34,917 nt of DNA from Deltaproteobacteria bacterium (GTDB taxonomy: Bacteria; Desulfobacterota; Desulfobacteria; Desulfobacterales; JAFDCJ01), in assembly GCA_019310665.1 (NCBI GenBank), contig JAFDDW010000015.1, positions 1 to 34,917 of the forward strand. The letters run 5' to 3'. Below, piece after piece: positions 1 to 10,663 of the stretch. Both the position numbers and the translations under genes were made by a program. The notes below the pieces were generated by a model. The model had not been told where the DNA came from, searched no databases, and saw only the letters and a program-made list of their open reading frames with translations. The stretch's first letter is position 1, and every line of letters begins with the position of its first letter.

Positions 1-1302
1 GCCGGAATGATCGGTTTTTTTGGTGCCGCCGGACTCATGCCCAATGAAATTGAGGCTGCCATCCATACCCTCAAACAGCGCATGGGCGCTCACCCTTTTG
101 GTTTTAACCTGATACACAGCCCGACGGATCCCGAACTGGAAAGCGCCACGGTCGATCTGTACCTAAAACAAGGGATTAAACTGGTCAGCGCCTCGGCTTA
201 TCTGGACCTAACGTTGCCGCTGGTCTATTATCGTGTCAACAACCTTCAGCGGGATGATAACGGGGATGTGGTCAGTTCCAACAAAATCATTGCCAAAGTG
301 TCCCGGGTCGAGGTTGCCAGCAAATTCCTGGCACCGCCCCCTGAAAAATATTTAAGGCAACTGGTCGAGCGAAACATGATTTCCTCTGATCAGGCCGAAT
401 GGGCCGCTGAAATCCCGATGGCGGAGGATTTGACGGCCGAAGCTGATTCCGGCGGCCACACCGACAACCGTCCGGCCTTAACGCTGTTGCCCACCATGCT
501 GGCTTTGCGCGATGAAATATCCAATCAATATGGTTATAAAAACCCCGTCCGCGTGGGGCTTGCCGGCGGTATTGCCACGCCGGATTCAACCGCCGCAGCA
601 TTTGCAATGGGTGCGGCTTATGTGCTTACCGGATCGGTAAATCAATCTTGTGTGGAAGCCGGCACTTCAGATACCGTCCGTCAGATGCTGGCCGAGGCGC
701 ACCAGGCCGACGTCACGATGGCACCGGCGGCCGACATGTTTGAACTGGGTGTTAAAGTGCAGGTGCTGAAGCGAGGGACCATGTTCGCCCTGCGGGCGGG
801 CAAACTTTATGAACTGTATACCCGTTACAACAGCTATGAAGAGATACCCTCCAATCAACGCGAAATTTTCCAGCGTGATTTTTTCAAATGCAGTTTTCAG
901 GCGGAATGGGAGCAGACCAGACTTTTTTTTGCTGAGCGCGACCCCAAACAGATTGAACTTGCCGAAAAAAACCCCAAACACAAGATGGCCCTCGTATTTC
1001 GTTCCTACCTTGGCCGAAGCTCGAACTGGGCCAACAGCGGTGACCAGACCAGAAAGATTGACTACCAAATATGGTGCGGACCGGCCATCGGTGCTTTTAA
1101 CCATTGGGTCAAAGGCACATTTCTTGAAAACTGGCAAAATCGCAGAACCGTTACGGTGGCGATGAATCTCATGCTGGGTGCCGCAGCAACCACCCGGGTC
1201 AATTGGCTGCGCCAACAGAGAATTTTGCTGCCCCAAGGTGTAACCAGATTTAGTCCGCTTAAATTGCGTGAGATCTTAGAGTTGCTGGAAGAACGGATAT
1301 AA
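1..1302 (+). CDS. pfaD: PUFA synthase trans-acting enoyl reductase (PfaD family), 5'-truncated by the window edge
   Basis: Open frame from base 1 (AGMIGFFGAAGL). Motifs PFGFNLIHSP, IIAKVSRVEVA, EADSGGHTDNRP, GLAGGIATP, APAADMFELG and DYQIWCGPAIGAFN are typical of PfaD. Confidence 0.93.
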   Translation, partial: AGMIGFFGAAGLMPNEIEAAIHTLKQRMGAHPFGFNLIHSPTDPELESATVDLYLKQGIKLVSASAYLDLTLPLVYYRVNNLQRDDNGDVVSSNKIIAKVSRVEVASKFLAPPPEKYLRQLVERNMISSDQAEWAAEIPMAEDLTAEADSGGHTDNRPALTLLPTMLALRDEISNQYGYKNPVRVGLAGGIATPDSTAAAFAMGAAYVLTGSVNQSCVEAGTSDTVRQMLAEAHQADVTMAPAADMFELGVKVQVLKRGTMFALRAGKLYELYTRYNSYEEIPSNQREIFQRDFFKCSFQAEWEQTRLFFAERDPKQIELAEKNPKHKMALVFRSYLGRSSNWANSGDQTRKIDYQIWCGPAIGAFNHWVKGTFLENWQNRRTVTVAMNLMLGAAATTRVNWLRQQRILLPQGVTRFSPLKLREILELLEERI

Positions 1303-1409
1303 TACCTGAATCTTGCATGAAAATTAATGAGAAGTTAGAATAATAAAATAACTTTGCGCTTATGCTGCCACGGCCCCAAACCTTAAGGATCGCATGAGGT
1401 ATGGGCGGC

Positions 1410-1976
1410 TCAACCATCCTCCAATAACCTCAAAAACCGGTGGCGGAGGTTACTGATATTTAAAACCTGATGGCTGGCGGCTGCATTTACGGGCGATTCT
1501 CTTTTTGCGGGATTGATTGGGGATTCAATGAATCGTTCCTGGCGCAAAGGGACAGCATGAAGCTTAATAGATTCCTGGGCGATGAGCCCTTTCGTCAAAT
1601 AAAAAAAGGCTGAATCGTTGTTATCGCCAATGGTAGGCCGGTAAATAGCTATTTGATAGTGTTGAATAATAAATTTGGTTCTATTTTCCGAAGGGGAAGT
1701 ACCGGAAAAATTATAATAAAAACCACGATCAACCAACCAGCTTTGCAAATCGTGCATTATTTGCCTGGCCTCAGGAATGCTAAATTTCAGATCGCCTACC
1801 AGATTACCTCCGAGGAACACGGTAAAGGCTTCATCCGGATTGTACTGCCGCGCATAACCCGACTGCAGGCCACCCAACGGATCCGGCGGCAAAAACTCGC
1901 GTGACCACCGCTTCCATCGGGCCAGTTTTATTTTAAATTTTTGTGAGAGTTCCTGATTGGTATAGAATTTAATCAT
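1410..1976 (-). CDS. hypothetical protein with N-terminal MerR-like helix-turn-helix, divergent from pfaA
   Basis: 188 aa ORF. N-terminus YTNQELSQKFKIKLARWKRWSREF...GYARQYNPDEA resembles a MerR-type HTH plus wing (judged by eye). Confidence 0.6.
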   Translation of the reverse strand: MIKFYTNQELSQKFKIKLARWKRWSREFLPPDPLGGLQSGYARQYNPDEAFTVFLGGNLVGDLKFSIPEARQIMHDLQSWLVDRGFYYNFSGTSPSENRTKFIIQHYQIAIYRPTIGDNNDSAFFYLTKGLIAQESIKLHAVPLRQERFIESPINPAKRESPVNAAASHQVLNISNLRHRFLRLLEDG

Positions 1977-1984
1977 GGTAAAAT

Positions 1985-2063
1985 TGATAACCTCGCAAAA
2001 AGTCAGAAAAGTAACCTTTTTACGAGTGTGTTTTGATGAATTCGGTTTTTTACGAATTCATCA
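1985..2063. repeat. REP/MITE-like double hairpin
   Basis: CTCGCAAAAAG (1992-2002) pairs with CTTTTTACGAG (2016-2026), 1 mismatch. TGATGAATTCG (2034-2044) and CGAATTCATCA (2053-2063) form a perfect 11-bp stem. Confidence 0.6.
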
Positions 2064-2099
2064 CTAATGACTATTTAAGTAGGATCATCAGGTATTTTC

Positions 2100-2134
2100 A
2101 ATCTGCAATCCGAAATCCAAAATCCAAAATCGTA
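2100..2134. repeat. heptamer tandem repeat AATCYNN x5
   Basis: aatctgc aatccga aatccaa aatccaa aatcgta. Confidence 0.65.
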
Positions 2135-2197
2135 GAACTCGTACCTCTTATACACTTGTTATATCAATATATCAACTAATTATTTTAAAGCAATCTC

Positions 2198-2226
2198 TTG
2201 AAATTAGTTTAGATTAATACTATATT
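2198..2226 (+). promoter_or_regulatory. putative sigma70 promoter of pfaA
   Basis: TTGAAA-17 nt-TATATT in the AT-rich divergent intergenic region, about 145 nt upstream of the pfaA ATG. Confidence 0.45.
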
Positions 2227-2369
2227 GGTCTGTAACACTCTCCTGCCAGGTTTACCAAAAAAATCCGGCCGAGAAAAAGATCTAAAATCCATATTTTCAA
2301 ATGATTGAATATTTTCGATTGACTATTGAATAGTCAATTCCGGCTTGTCCGGGTAAGGATACCTGTCGA

Positions 2370-5300
2370 ATGCCTGATAAAAACCCTGTGGCCATTATCG
2401 GAATGGGATGTGTGTTCCCCAAATCCCGGGATCTCAAAGAATACTGGCAATTGCTGTATCACGGGAAAGATGCCATCACTGATATCCCCGAGTCGCACTG
2501 GTCACCGTCAGATTATTATGATGCGGATCCTAAGAGCCCGGACCATGTGCATTGCAAACGGGGAGGCTTTCTTCCACCCATTGCGTTTGATCCTTCAGAG
2601 TTTGGTATCCTCCCCTCCTCGTTGGAAGCAACAGATACTTCCCAGCTGCTGGGGTTACTGGCGGCCAAGATGGCTCTTGAGGATTGCGGCTACGGCGAGG
2701 ATCAAGATTTTAACCGGGATCGGACCTCTGTCATCCTTGGTGTTACCGGGACCCAGGAACTGGTCATCCCCTTAAGTTCGAGACTCGGCCCAGGTGGAGA
2801 AAAGCACTTGAGGATTCAGCCGTTCCAGCGGATAAAACCGAAGAAGTAATCCAACGCATTTCAAATTCCTACATCCCCTGGCAGGAAAATTCCTTTCCGG
2901 GCCTTCTGGGAAATGTCGTAGCAGGCAGAATCAGCAATCGCTTGGATTTGAGAGGTACCAACTGTGTAGTGGATGCCGCCTGCGCCAGTTCGATGAGTGC
3001 CATCCATCTGGCCATCCTCGAATTGCTCTCCGGCCGCAGCGATATGGTGGTTACCGGCGGTGTGGATACTTTAAACGACATTTTCATGCACATGTGTTTT
3101 GCCAAAACCCAGGCCTTGTCTGCCACCGGCGATGCCAGGCCGTTTTCAAAGGATGCCGACGGGACCGTACTTGGCGAAGGCATCGGAATCCTGGTTTTAA
3201 AACGCCTCGAAGAGGCTGAAAAGGACGGCAATCGAATTTATGCCGTGATCAGAGGGCTGGGATCATCAAGCGACGGCAAATCGCAGAGTATTTATTCACC
3301 CAGTGTGGAAGGCCAGGCCAATGCTTTGAGATCAGCATATCAAAATGCCGGCATTAACCCCGCCAGCGTTGGACTCATAGAAGCCCATGGCACGGGGACC
3401 CGGGTGGGTGATAAAGTGGAGTTTGAAGCCCTTAACCAGGTTTTTGGGGAATTCAGTGTAAATGGTCACAAAAGTGCACTGGGATCGGTAAAATCAATGA
3501 TCGGACATACCAAAGCATCTTCCGGTGCTGCGGGATTGATCAAGACGGCCCTGGGTCTTTATCACAAAGTGCTGCCCATCACGTTGAAGGCCGACACACC
3601 GGATCCCGGGTTAAACATTGATAACAGTCATTTTTACCTGAATACAAACACCCGGCCCTGGTTTTCAGAAAATGGTCATCCCCGCCGGGCCGGGACTAGT
3701 GCCTTTGGTTTTGGCGGCAGTAATTTTCATGTTGTTCTCGAAGAATATCGCCCGCAAAAGACAGAAATATCCTGGGATGGAAGTGTTGAAATCATCGCTA
3801 TTTCAGCCAGGCAGAAAAGCGAACTGGCCCGAGACGTCAGCCACTATAAAGATGCGGTTGCCAGAGGCCTGTCTAACCGCGAGCTTGGCATCAAAGCAGC
3901 TGAATCCAGAAAACGTTTTTCGTCTGCTCATCCCTACCGCCTCCTGCTGGTCAGTGACCAAAATACTGAAATATCATATCTTTTCGATCGTGCCCGCCAA
4001 GCGCTTGATTCCACCGACGCTGATCATAATATTCATTTGGAAAACATCTTTATCGGCGGGCCTGCAAAACCCGGTAAACTGGCCTTTGTTTTCCCGGGAC
4101 AGGGAAGTCAATACCTGAATATGGGACGGGATGTGGTATCCACCTTCCCCCAGGCCATGAAGATTCTGGAAAGAGCCAACAAAAAATTTAAAGCTGGGTC
4201 CCTCCTCAGCGATATGATTTTCCCACGCCCAGTTCCTGCGGAGAAAGACCGCAGGCGGCAGGAAAGCATCTTAAGACGCACTGATATCGCCCAACCGGCC
4301 ATCGGCGCCATCAGCCTGGCAATGCTAAACGTTCTGAGGTATTTTGAAGTTAGCCCCGCTGCCACCTGCGGACACAGTTTCGGAGAGTTAACGGCCTTAT
4401 GTGCGGCCGGCTGGATCGACGAAGAAGCCCTGCTGGACCTTTCAATTACGCGAGGTCGTCTCATGGCCGAAGCCGGGGGCAGCCAGGGTCCTTCACAGGG
4501 CGCCATGCTGGCCGTTCAGGCGCCCCTGGATGAACTGAAAAATCTGGTCGCAACTTCAAACCGGAAGGTTATTCTGGCCAACCATAACAGTCCCAGCCAG
4601 GGAGTTTTATCCGGACCGATCGCCGCCATTGTTGAAATCGAAAAAAAATGCCGGCAAAAAAAAATTAATGCCATGCGCTTGCCTGTTTCAGCTGCTTTTC
4701 ACAGCGAACAGGTAAAAAGTGCCGGCCGGCCTTTTCAGCTTGCTCTCGAAAAGATACCGATTACCCCGACCCCCGTTGCTGTTTTTTCAAACACCACCGC
4801 AACGGCATACCCCGCCGAAGCAAATGAAATCCGAACTCTTTTGGGAAACCATTTAACGCGTCCGGTGGACTTTGTCGGTGAGATTGAAAATCTGTATGCT
4901 ACCGGAATGCGCACGTTTGTCGAAATTGGACCCAAATCGGTTTTGACCGGACTGATTACGGACATCCTCAGGGATCGCGATGTCAACGCCTGGGCGCTGG
5001 ATGCCACAGCTGGCAAAGCATATGGTATTGCCGATCTGGCCAGACTACTGGCTCGCCTTGGATCTTTGGGTTATCCGGTAGCTCTGCCCAAATGGGAAAA
5101 CACGCGTTCTTCTATCCGGAAATCCCGTATGAATGTTCTTTTAAGCGGAACGAACTACAGAGAACAGAGGACAGAAGCATTGGAATGCGGAATGCGGAAT
5201 GCGGAATGCGGAAGTGTTAAAGATCGAGGGAAGAGGACAGAGGCAAGGGAATTGGGAAGGCGGAAGGCGGAAGGCGGAAATGTTGAAAGCCACGGACAGA

Positions 5301-8300
5301 CGCCGGAAACCGATCATCATCAACGATCCAAACCATCAAAACCATCTAAACGATCACAACGATCCGAACCATCCAAACGAACAAACGAGAATATCAGCAA
5401 CATGAGCAAAGATAACCGCAAACAATCGGAATTTATCCTGGATGCTTTGAAAGTGGTTCAGGAAGGCTTGAAGTCGATGCAACACCTTCAATCTCAAACG
5501 GCTGCGGCCCACCAGAAATTTTTAGAAACCCAAACCGAAGCCAACCGGTCACTGCAGCAGATGATGCAACATACCCAGCGACTGACCGAACAATCTCTGG
5601 GGATTGATTCAGAGCCGAGACAACCGGCTTCCCCTTCACCGGCCCCTCTGGAATCAGCCCCGGATCCCGTGGTGCCTGAAAAAATTATCATACCGACGAC
5701 CACCGACTCTTCCGAGGGACAAATTCGCTCGCCATTGCCTGGCACTCCCCTGGATTCGACGCTTTTAGCGGTCGAACAAAAACGGCCTGAAGCGGCCGCT
5801 AATGGGTATTCACGGAATTCAGACGGACAGGGCGCTGCGGTGGAGAATTTCCAGCCAGCCAATCAACTCCGTGAGCATATTGACCCTATTGAGACAACCA
5901 TGCTGGAGATTGTCAGCCAACTGACCGGTTATCCGGTGGAAATGCTGGGTCTGGACATGGACATCGAATCCGAACTGGGTATCGATTCCATCAAACGGGT
6001 GGAAATCCTGTCGACCCTGGAGGAAAAAATGCCCTGCCGATTACCTTAGCGAGGCCGGCAGCGGAGATACGGGTGAAAACCGGTCAGATTTTGTTGTCGG
6101 AGCCGGAAGCAAGGCGGTTGCAGATTCCGAATCCCCACCTTCTGATAAGGGACAGAATGAAATCGAAGCGACCCTGCTGGAGGTTGTCAGCCAGCTGACC
6201 GGTTATCCGGTGGAAATGCTGGGTCTGGACATGGACATCGAATCCGAACTGGGTATCGATTCCATCAAACGGGTGGAAATCCTGTCGACCCTGGAGGAAA
6301 AAATGCCCGGAAATCCTGTCGACCCTGGAGGAAAAAATGCCCGATCTGCCCACCGTATCACCTGACATGATGGGCAGTTTAAAAACGCTGGGACAGATTT
6401 CCGAATTTCTTACAAATCCCGCTGACGCCGCCGCTGCCAGCAGTCAAACCGATGGTGGGCTGACAAACATTGCGCCGGCTGTTGCCAAAGACGGGTTAAA
6501 CATTTCCGATCGCAAAAAGTCGCCGCAGCCGGCTCCGGATACGGCTACGGTTCAAAGAAAGGTGGTGACCATCATCGATGCCCCGGCCGTTACCGCCTCC
6601 CCCATAAAAGTGGGCCCAAACAAAAAAGTGTTTGTGACGGAAGACAACACCGGTCTGTCTGAACAAATTGTTGAAGAACTGACCCGGATCGGCATCGGTA
6701 CGGTAAGAATCTCTCTGGATATACTGAAATATAAAAAACAGCTGCCCGCAGCAGCCGGGCTGATCATTGTCCAGAATCCCCAATCCAACCAAACGGTTCA
6801 GGATTTAAAAAACGCCTTCGTTCTTGCCAAATATTTGGCACCCAATCTCATCGATGCTACCCATCAGGGCGATGCTTTATTTGCCACTGTCACCCGTATC
6901 GACGGTGCCTTTGGCTTGACGTGTCAAAAAAACAACCAACCTGCGCAGGGTGGCCTGGCAGGCCTGGCCAAAACAGCCGCTCTGGAATGGCCAAATGTTT
7001 GCTGCCATGCCATCGACATCGCCCCGGGCTGGTCGGACAACCATGAAATTGCCGGGGCCGTGGTTAAAGAAGTCTTAACTCCGGGCCCGGTTGAAATTGG
7101 GCTCGATTCAGGTCGCCGGCGTACGCTTGGCTTGGAATCCAGGCCCTATCCTGAAGGTCAAATTAATCTGGCCTCCGGCGATGTGGTGGTCATCAGCGGT
7201 GGCGCCAGAGGCATAACGGCTGCAGCAGCCCTGGCACTGGCCAAAGAAGCCGGCCCCACGCTGGTTCTGTTAGGTCGCTCACCGCAACCGGTTGCGGAAC
7301 CTGAATGGCTGTCGCCTTTAACGGATGAGACCGCAATAAAAAAAGCCATTTTGGATAATGAATTCAAGGACCATAAGGCCACGCCGGCCGAAATAGATAA
7401 AGCATTTAAAGCCCATATGGCAAATCGAGAAGTTGCCGCCAATCTGGCTGACATAAAATCAAGCGCAGCAGATGTCGTTTACTACGACGCCGATATTCGT
7501 GATTTTGAAACGGTTCAGACCGTTATTAATGACATTCGCTCAAAACATGGTTCCATCGCGGCCATCATCCACGGCGCCGGGGTGCTGGAAGATCGCCTGA
7601 TTATCGATAAAACCCTCGATCAATTTGAACGCGTGTTTGATACCAAAGTCAAAGGTCTTGATAATTTGCTGCAGGCCGCAGCAAAAGATCATTTAAAGTA
7701 TCTGGTTTTATTTTCCTCGGTAGCTGCCCGAATGGGAAACAAGGGACAAGTGGATTATGCCATGGCCAACGAGGCATTAAACAAAATGGCCCAGGATGAA
7801 GCTCTCAAACGACCTGATTGCCGGGTTATTGCGATTAACTGGGGTCCCTGGGACGGGGGCATGGTAAGCCCTGCTTTAAAACGTGAATTTCAACGCAACG
7901 GTATCCATCTTATCCCTGTAACTGAGGGGGTCCAGTGCCTGCTTCATGAAATGGCGGCAGGAAAAAGCGAACCTGTGGAAGTCGTCATCGGAGCTGAAAT
8001 CACCGCTGCAGGCGATCATGTCCGCCGGGAATTAAAACGGCCGGAACTGGTGGAACCCACACCGGCTGTGAAAAAGCAGCAATTATCGCTTTCTTTTGAA
8101 CGCGAAGTCGACGTCGCCCATTATCCCATTTTAAACTCCCACATCATTGACGGCCAACCAGTGGTGCCGATGGCCTTGATAACCGAATGGTTTGCTCACA
8201 GCGCTCTGCATGAAAATCCCGGTCTGATCCTGCATGGCTTAGATGATATTCGAATTTTAAAAGGAATTCGTCTGAAGACAGGAAAAAAATGGATCCGCAT

Positions 8301-8940
8301 CTTTGCCGGTAAACTCAAAAAGAATGGCGAATTTTATGAAGTGGCAGTTGAATTGAGAGGCAGCAAAGAGACCGGACAGGATGTGATCCATTCGCGAGCC
8401 AGGGCCATTTTAAGTGATCGCCTGGTTCCGGCTCCTCCGTATCAATTCTCCAAGGCTATGATTGCCGGGGCTTATACAAAAAATATCCAGGACGTCTACG
8501 ATGAAATTCTTTTTCACGGCTTGCAGCTTCGCGGGATTCGCAAAATTGTCAGCTGTTCATCCCGCGGAATGGTGGCACATATTTCATCGGCGCCCGAGCC
8601 GAGGGAATGGATTTCTTCCCCCTTGAGGGATCGATGGATTGCCGATCCCCTGGTACTGGATTGTGCCTTCCAGATGGCAATTCTATGGTGTTTTGAAGAA
8701 AAAGAAACTGTCTCGCTGCCAAGTTATGTGACCTCATTCCGTCAGTATCGGCATCAGTTCCCAGCTGAGGGTGTAACAGCGGTGCTGGAGGTTACGGAGG
8801 CAACCAGCCGTAAAATGTGGGGAAATTTTACGTTTTTAGATACCAATGATGAGATCGTAGCACGATTGACCGGATTTAAGGCCATAATGGATCCATCTCT
8901 GTTCAAAGCATTCAACCCGCAATACAAAGCCTCGGCCTAA
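2370..8940 (+). CDS. pfaA: PUFA synthase PfaA-type multidomain PKS (KS-MAT-ACPn-KR-DH), broken by three frameshifts (about 2790, 6035, 6309)
   Basis: Joins ORFs 2370-2849, 2942-6049, an ACP segment 6036-6308 and 6337-8940. KS DAACASS/EAHGTGT/MIGHTK; AT GQGSQ/GHSFGE/AFHS; ACP LGIDSIKRVE twice; KR ISGGARGIT/HGAGVLED/DYAMAN; DH-like SHIIDGQPVVP. Confidence 0.9.
5157..5384 (+). repeat. mosaic of short tandem repeats inside the pfaA AT-ACP linker
   Basis: GGAATGC x4 (5182-5209), GGAAGGC x3 (5255-5275), nonamer AACSATCNN x6 (5322-5375) and ACAGAGR units, all within the open reading frame. Confidence 0.85.
5921..6342 (+). repeat. tandem ACP-domain repeats of pfaA
   Basis: 5921-6034 and 6195-6308 are identical over 114 nt. 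6275-6308 is repeated directly at 6309-6342 (34 nt). Confidence 0.9.
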
Positions 8941-8958
8941 AAGAATTGAATATTAGAT

Positions 8959-9006
8959 AAAAGTGGTTGCAAAACCCCATCTAACACCCAATACGGCGTT
9001 GCTCCG
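8959..9006 (+). repeat. dispersed repeat, MITE-end-like (copy 1)
   Basis: AAGTGGTTGCAAAACCCCATCTAACACCCAATACGGCGTTGCTCCG closely matches the reverse complement of 33154-33202. Confidence 0.7.
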
Positions 9007-9034
9007 CCGGGCGAAATGCTCACATGGGACAATG

Positions 9035-9097
9035 GTTTGCCGGTTGAGCCCGTTGGCCGGTAATAATGTAAACCGGCTAACCGGAAAACCGGCAAAC
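9035..9097. terminator. hairpin between convergent genes, built from AACCGGNN octamers
   Basis: GTTTGCCGGTT (9035-9045) and AACCGGCAAAC (9087-9097) are a perfect 11-bp inverted repeat between the pfaA stop and the 9101 stop. Confidence 0.45.
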
Positions 9098-9100
9098 TTA

Positions 9101-9370
9101 CTATACAGCCTTTTCGATGCCCCTGTAAATATCTGCCGGTACCCCGCAAAAATCGATGGGTTCAATAGTGACTACAAAGCTCTTACATGATGGGCAGTAT
9201 TTTTTGGGTTTACCGCGGCCGCTCCAAAGCAGTTTCATTCTATGGACGGCGCTGCATTTCGGACAGATACATTCGACGGTAAGACCGTCACGCTGATTAT
9301 TCCTGCCGCCAAGAACACAATCTTGTTCATCCGCCAAGCAGTTGCTGTTACTGATTGCAGCCATAGCCAT
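9101..9370 (-). CDS. small Zn-ribbon-like hypothetical protein
   Basis: 89 aa with CPKC...CPSC pairs. Strong SD AAGGAGAG just upstream. Confidence 0.7.
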   Translation of the reverse strand: MAMAAISNSNCLADEQDCVLGGRNNQRDGLTVECICPKCSAVHRMKLLWSGRGKPKKYCPSCKSFVVTIEPIDFCGVPADIYRGIEKAV

Positions 9371-9442
9371 ATCTCTCCTTAAAAGTTAAAAGCCAATTCA
9401 ACATCGTCTCGGGAGACCTTAAAGGATGGTGTGTAAAGGCCT

Positions 9443-9607
9443 CTACGCCAGCGGTTTTATTACCTCCTTTTCATATTTTTTAATGAGCTCATCGATTGCC
9501 TCCTCCAGGAGGACGCCAATAGATTTATCCTCATCAACTGCAAGATGTTTCAAAGCTTTAAGGCGCTCGGCATCGATTCTGGTGGAAAATGTCTTTTTAT
9601 TGCTCAT
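9443..9607 (-). CDS. ribbon-helix-helix DNA-binding protein (54 aa, not in the ORF track)
   Basis: Translated by hand: MSNKKTFSTRIDAERLKALKHLAVDEDKSIGVLLEEAIDELIKKYEKEVIKPLA*. Beta strand-helix-S-helix pattern of CopG/RHH proteins. Confidence 0.8.
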   Translation of the reverse strand: MSNKKTFSTRIDAERLKALKHLAVDEDKSIGVLLEEAIDELIKKYEKEVIKPLA

Positions 9608-9614
9608 GTAACTA

Positions 9615-9643
9615 ATGTTATAATATTTATTTCTTTAATTCAA
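9615..9643 (-). promoter_or_regulatory. putative sigma70 promoter for a leaderless RHH transcript
   Basis: On the minus strand TTGAAT-17 nt-TAACAT-7 nt-ATG, with no SD. Confidence 0.45.
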
Positions 9644-9765
9644 GTATTTTTTTAATAAATTTATAAATTTATTTTTGAAAACATTTTTAAAGTATTATCA
9701 AAATACAATAATAATTAAAACAATAATTCTTTGATAGATAAATCTGCTGTCAAGCCTATAAATTC

Positions 9766-9795
9766 TTGACATCGAAAAGACAGTGCTGGTAGGTT
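9766..9795 (+). promoter_or_regulatory. putative sigma70 promoter for the J-domain/reductase pair
   Basis: TTGACA-18 nt-TAGGTT with an extended TGn. Confidence 0.45.
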
Positions 9796-9886
9796 TATTA
9801 ATGTGAGCATTTTCATTAAGGCTTAAACTGAACCGCTCAACCTAGGTTAGACCCCATCTGTAAACCAAAAGATTTGGTCCAGTTAA

Positions 9887-10663
9887 ATGAACCTTCAGCA
9901 AAGCTTAAAAATCCTGGAGCTTGAAACCACCACTACCCTTCGAGAAGCTAAACGGGCTTATAAGGATTTGGTTCGAGTTTGGCATCCGGACCGTTTCCAG
10001 AACATCCCCCGGCTAAAGCAGAAAGCGGATGAGAAATTAATGGAAATCAATCTGGCCTTTAACTATTTGCGTGACTATTTAGAATCAAGTCCGGATAACA
10101 GGTTAACAAGAATAAAGGTCACATTGCAGGATGCGCAATCCGGTTTCGATGCCAACCGTAAAGCCGGCCATTCGACCGGCTACCGGTCTGAAACGGTTTC
10201 TCCTGCCATGGCGGCCGGCAGCAAACCCGGCAACGCTAAAATTTCGGTCGCCGGCTCGGGTGCGGTGCCGCAGGCATCTTCCATCGGCAGATACGTTTTA
10301 TTTGCATTTCTATGTGTCTTTCTGGTGATTGCTGCTCTGGTTGTTTACTTCTTGTTAAATACGGATAGAATTGCCTCAATGACCAGAGGGATGGCATCTG
10401 AAGCCATGGAAAAAATTGTGCACCATCTGGAAAAAAAAGAAAAAATCCCCCCCAATGACCCCTCTGTTCAAAGTATCCTTCAAGGATTAAACAGGGAAAC
10501 AAAAGCTGGAGAAAATAAAAACCAATTTGAAATCTTCCTCAATAGTGGAAGTATTATTGTGACCGAGGCCTGGTGGGAGGAAAACAATATGATTATGTAT
10601 AAGGTAGACGGTGGATCGATTGGAATTGAGAAAAGCAGAGTAAAAAAAATTGTTAGCCGATGA
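9887..10663 (+). CDS. J-domain (DnaJ class C) membrane protein
   Basis: N-terminal J domain (AKRAYKDLVRVWHPDRF, HPD motif) and one TM segment (YVLFAFLCVFLVIAALVVYFLL). Confidence 0.85.
   Translation: MNLQQSLKILELETTTTLREAKRAYKDLVRVWHPDRFQNIPRLKQKADEKLMEINLAFNYLRDYLESSPDNRLTRIKVTLQDAQSGFDANRKAGHSTGYRSETVSPAMAAGSKPGNAKISVAGSGAVPQASSIGRYVLFAFLCVFLVIAALVVYFLLNTDRIASMTRGMASEAMEKIVHHLEKKEKIPPNDPSVQSILQGLNRETKAGENKNQFEIFLNSGSIIVTEAWWEENNMIMYKVDGGSIGIEKSRVKKIVSR

Noticed and set aside
5141-5405. Short alternative-frame ORFs over the pfaA repeat linker
   Set aside because: They arise from stop-poor tandem repeats inside a longer conserved CDS.
2775-6342. Programmed ribosomal frameshifting in pfaA
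   Set aside because: Junctions involve missing or duplicated sequence and fall at repeat ends; a ribosomal shift would not restore the lost residues.
9426-9611. 61-aa plus-strand ORF
   Set aside because: Antisense shadow of the better supported minus-strand RHH gene.
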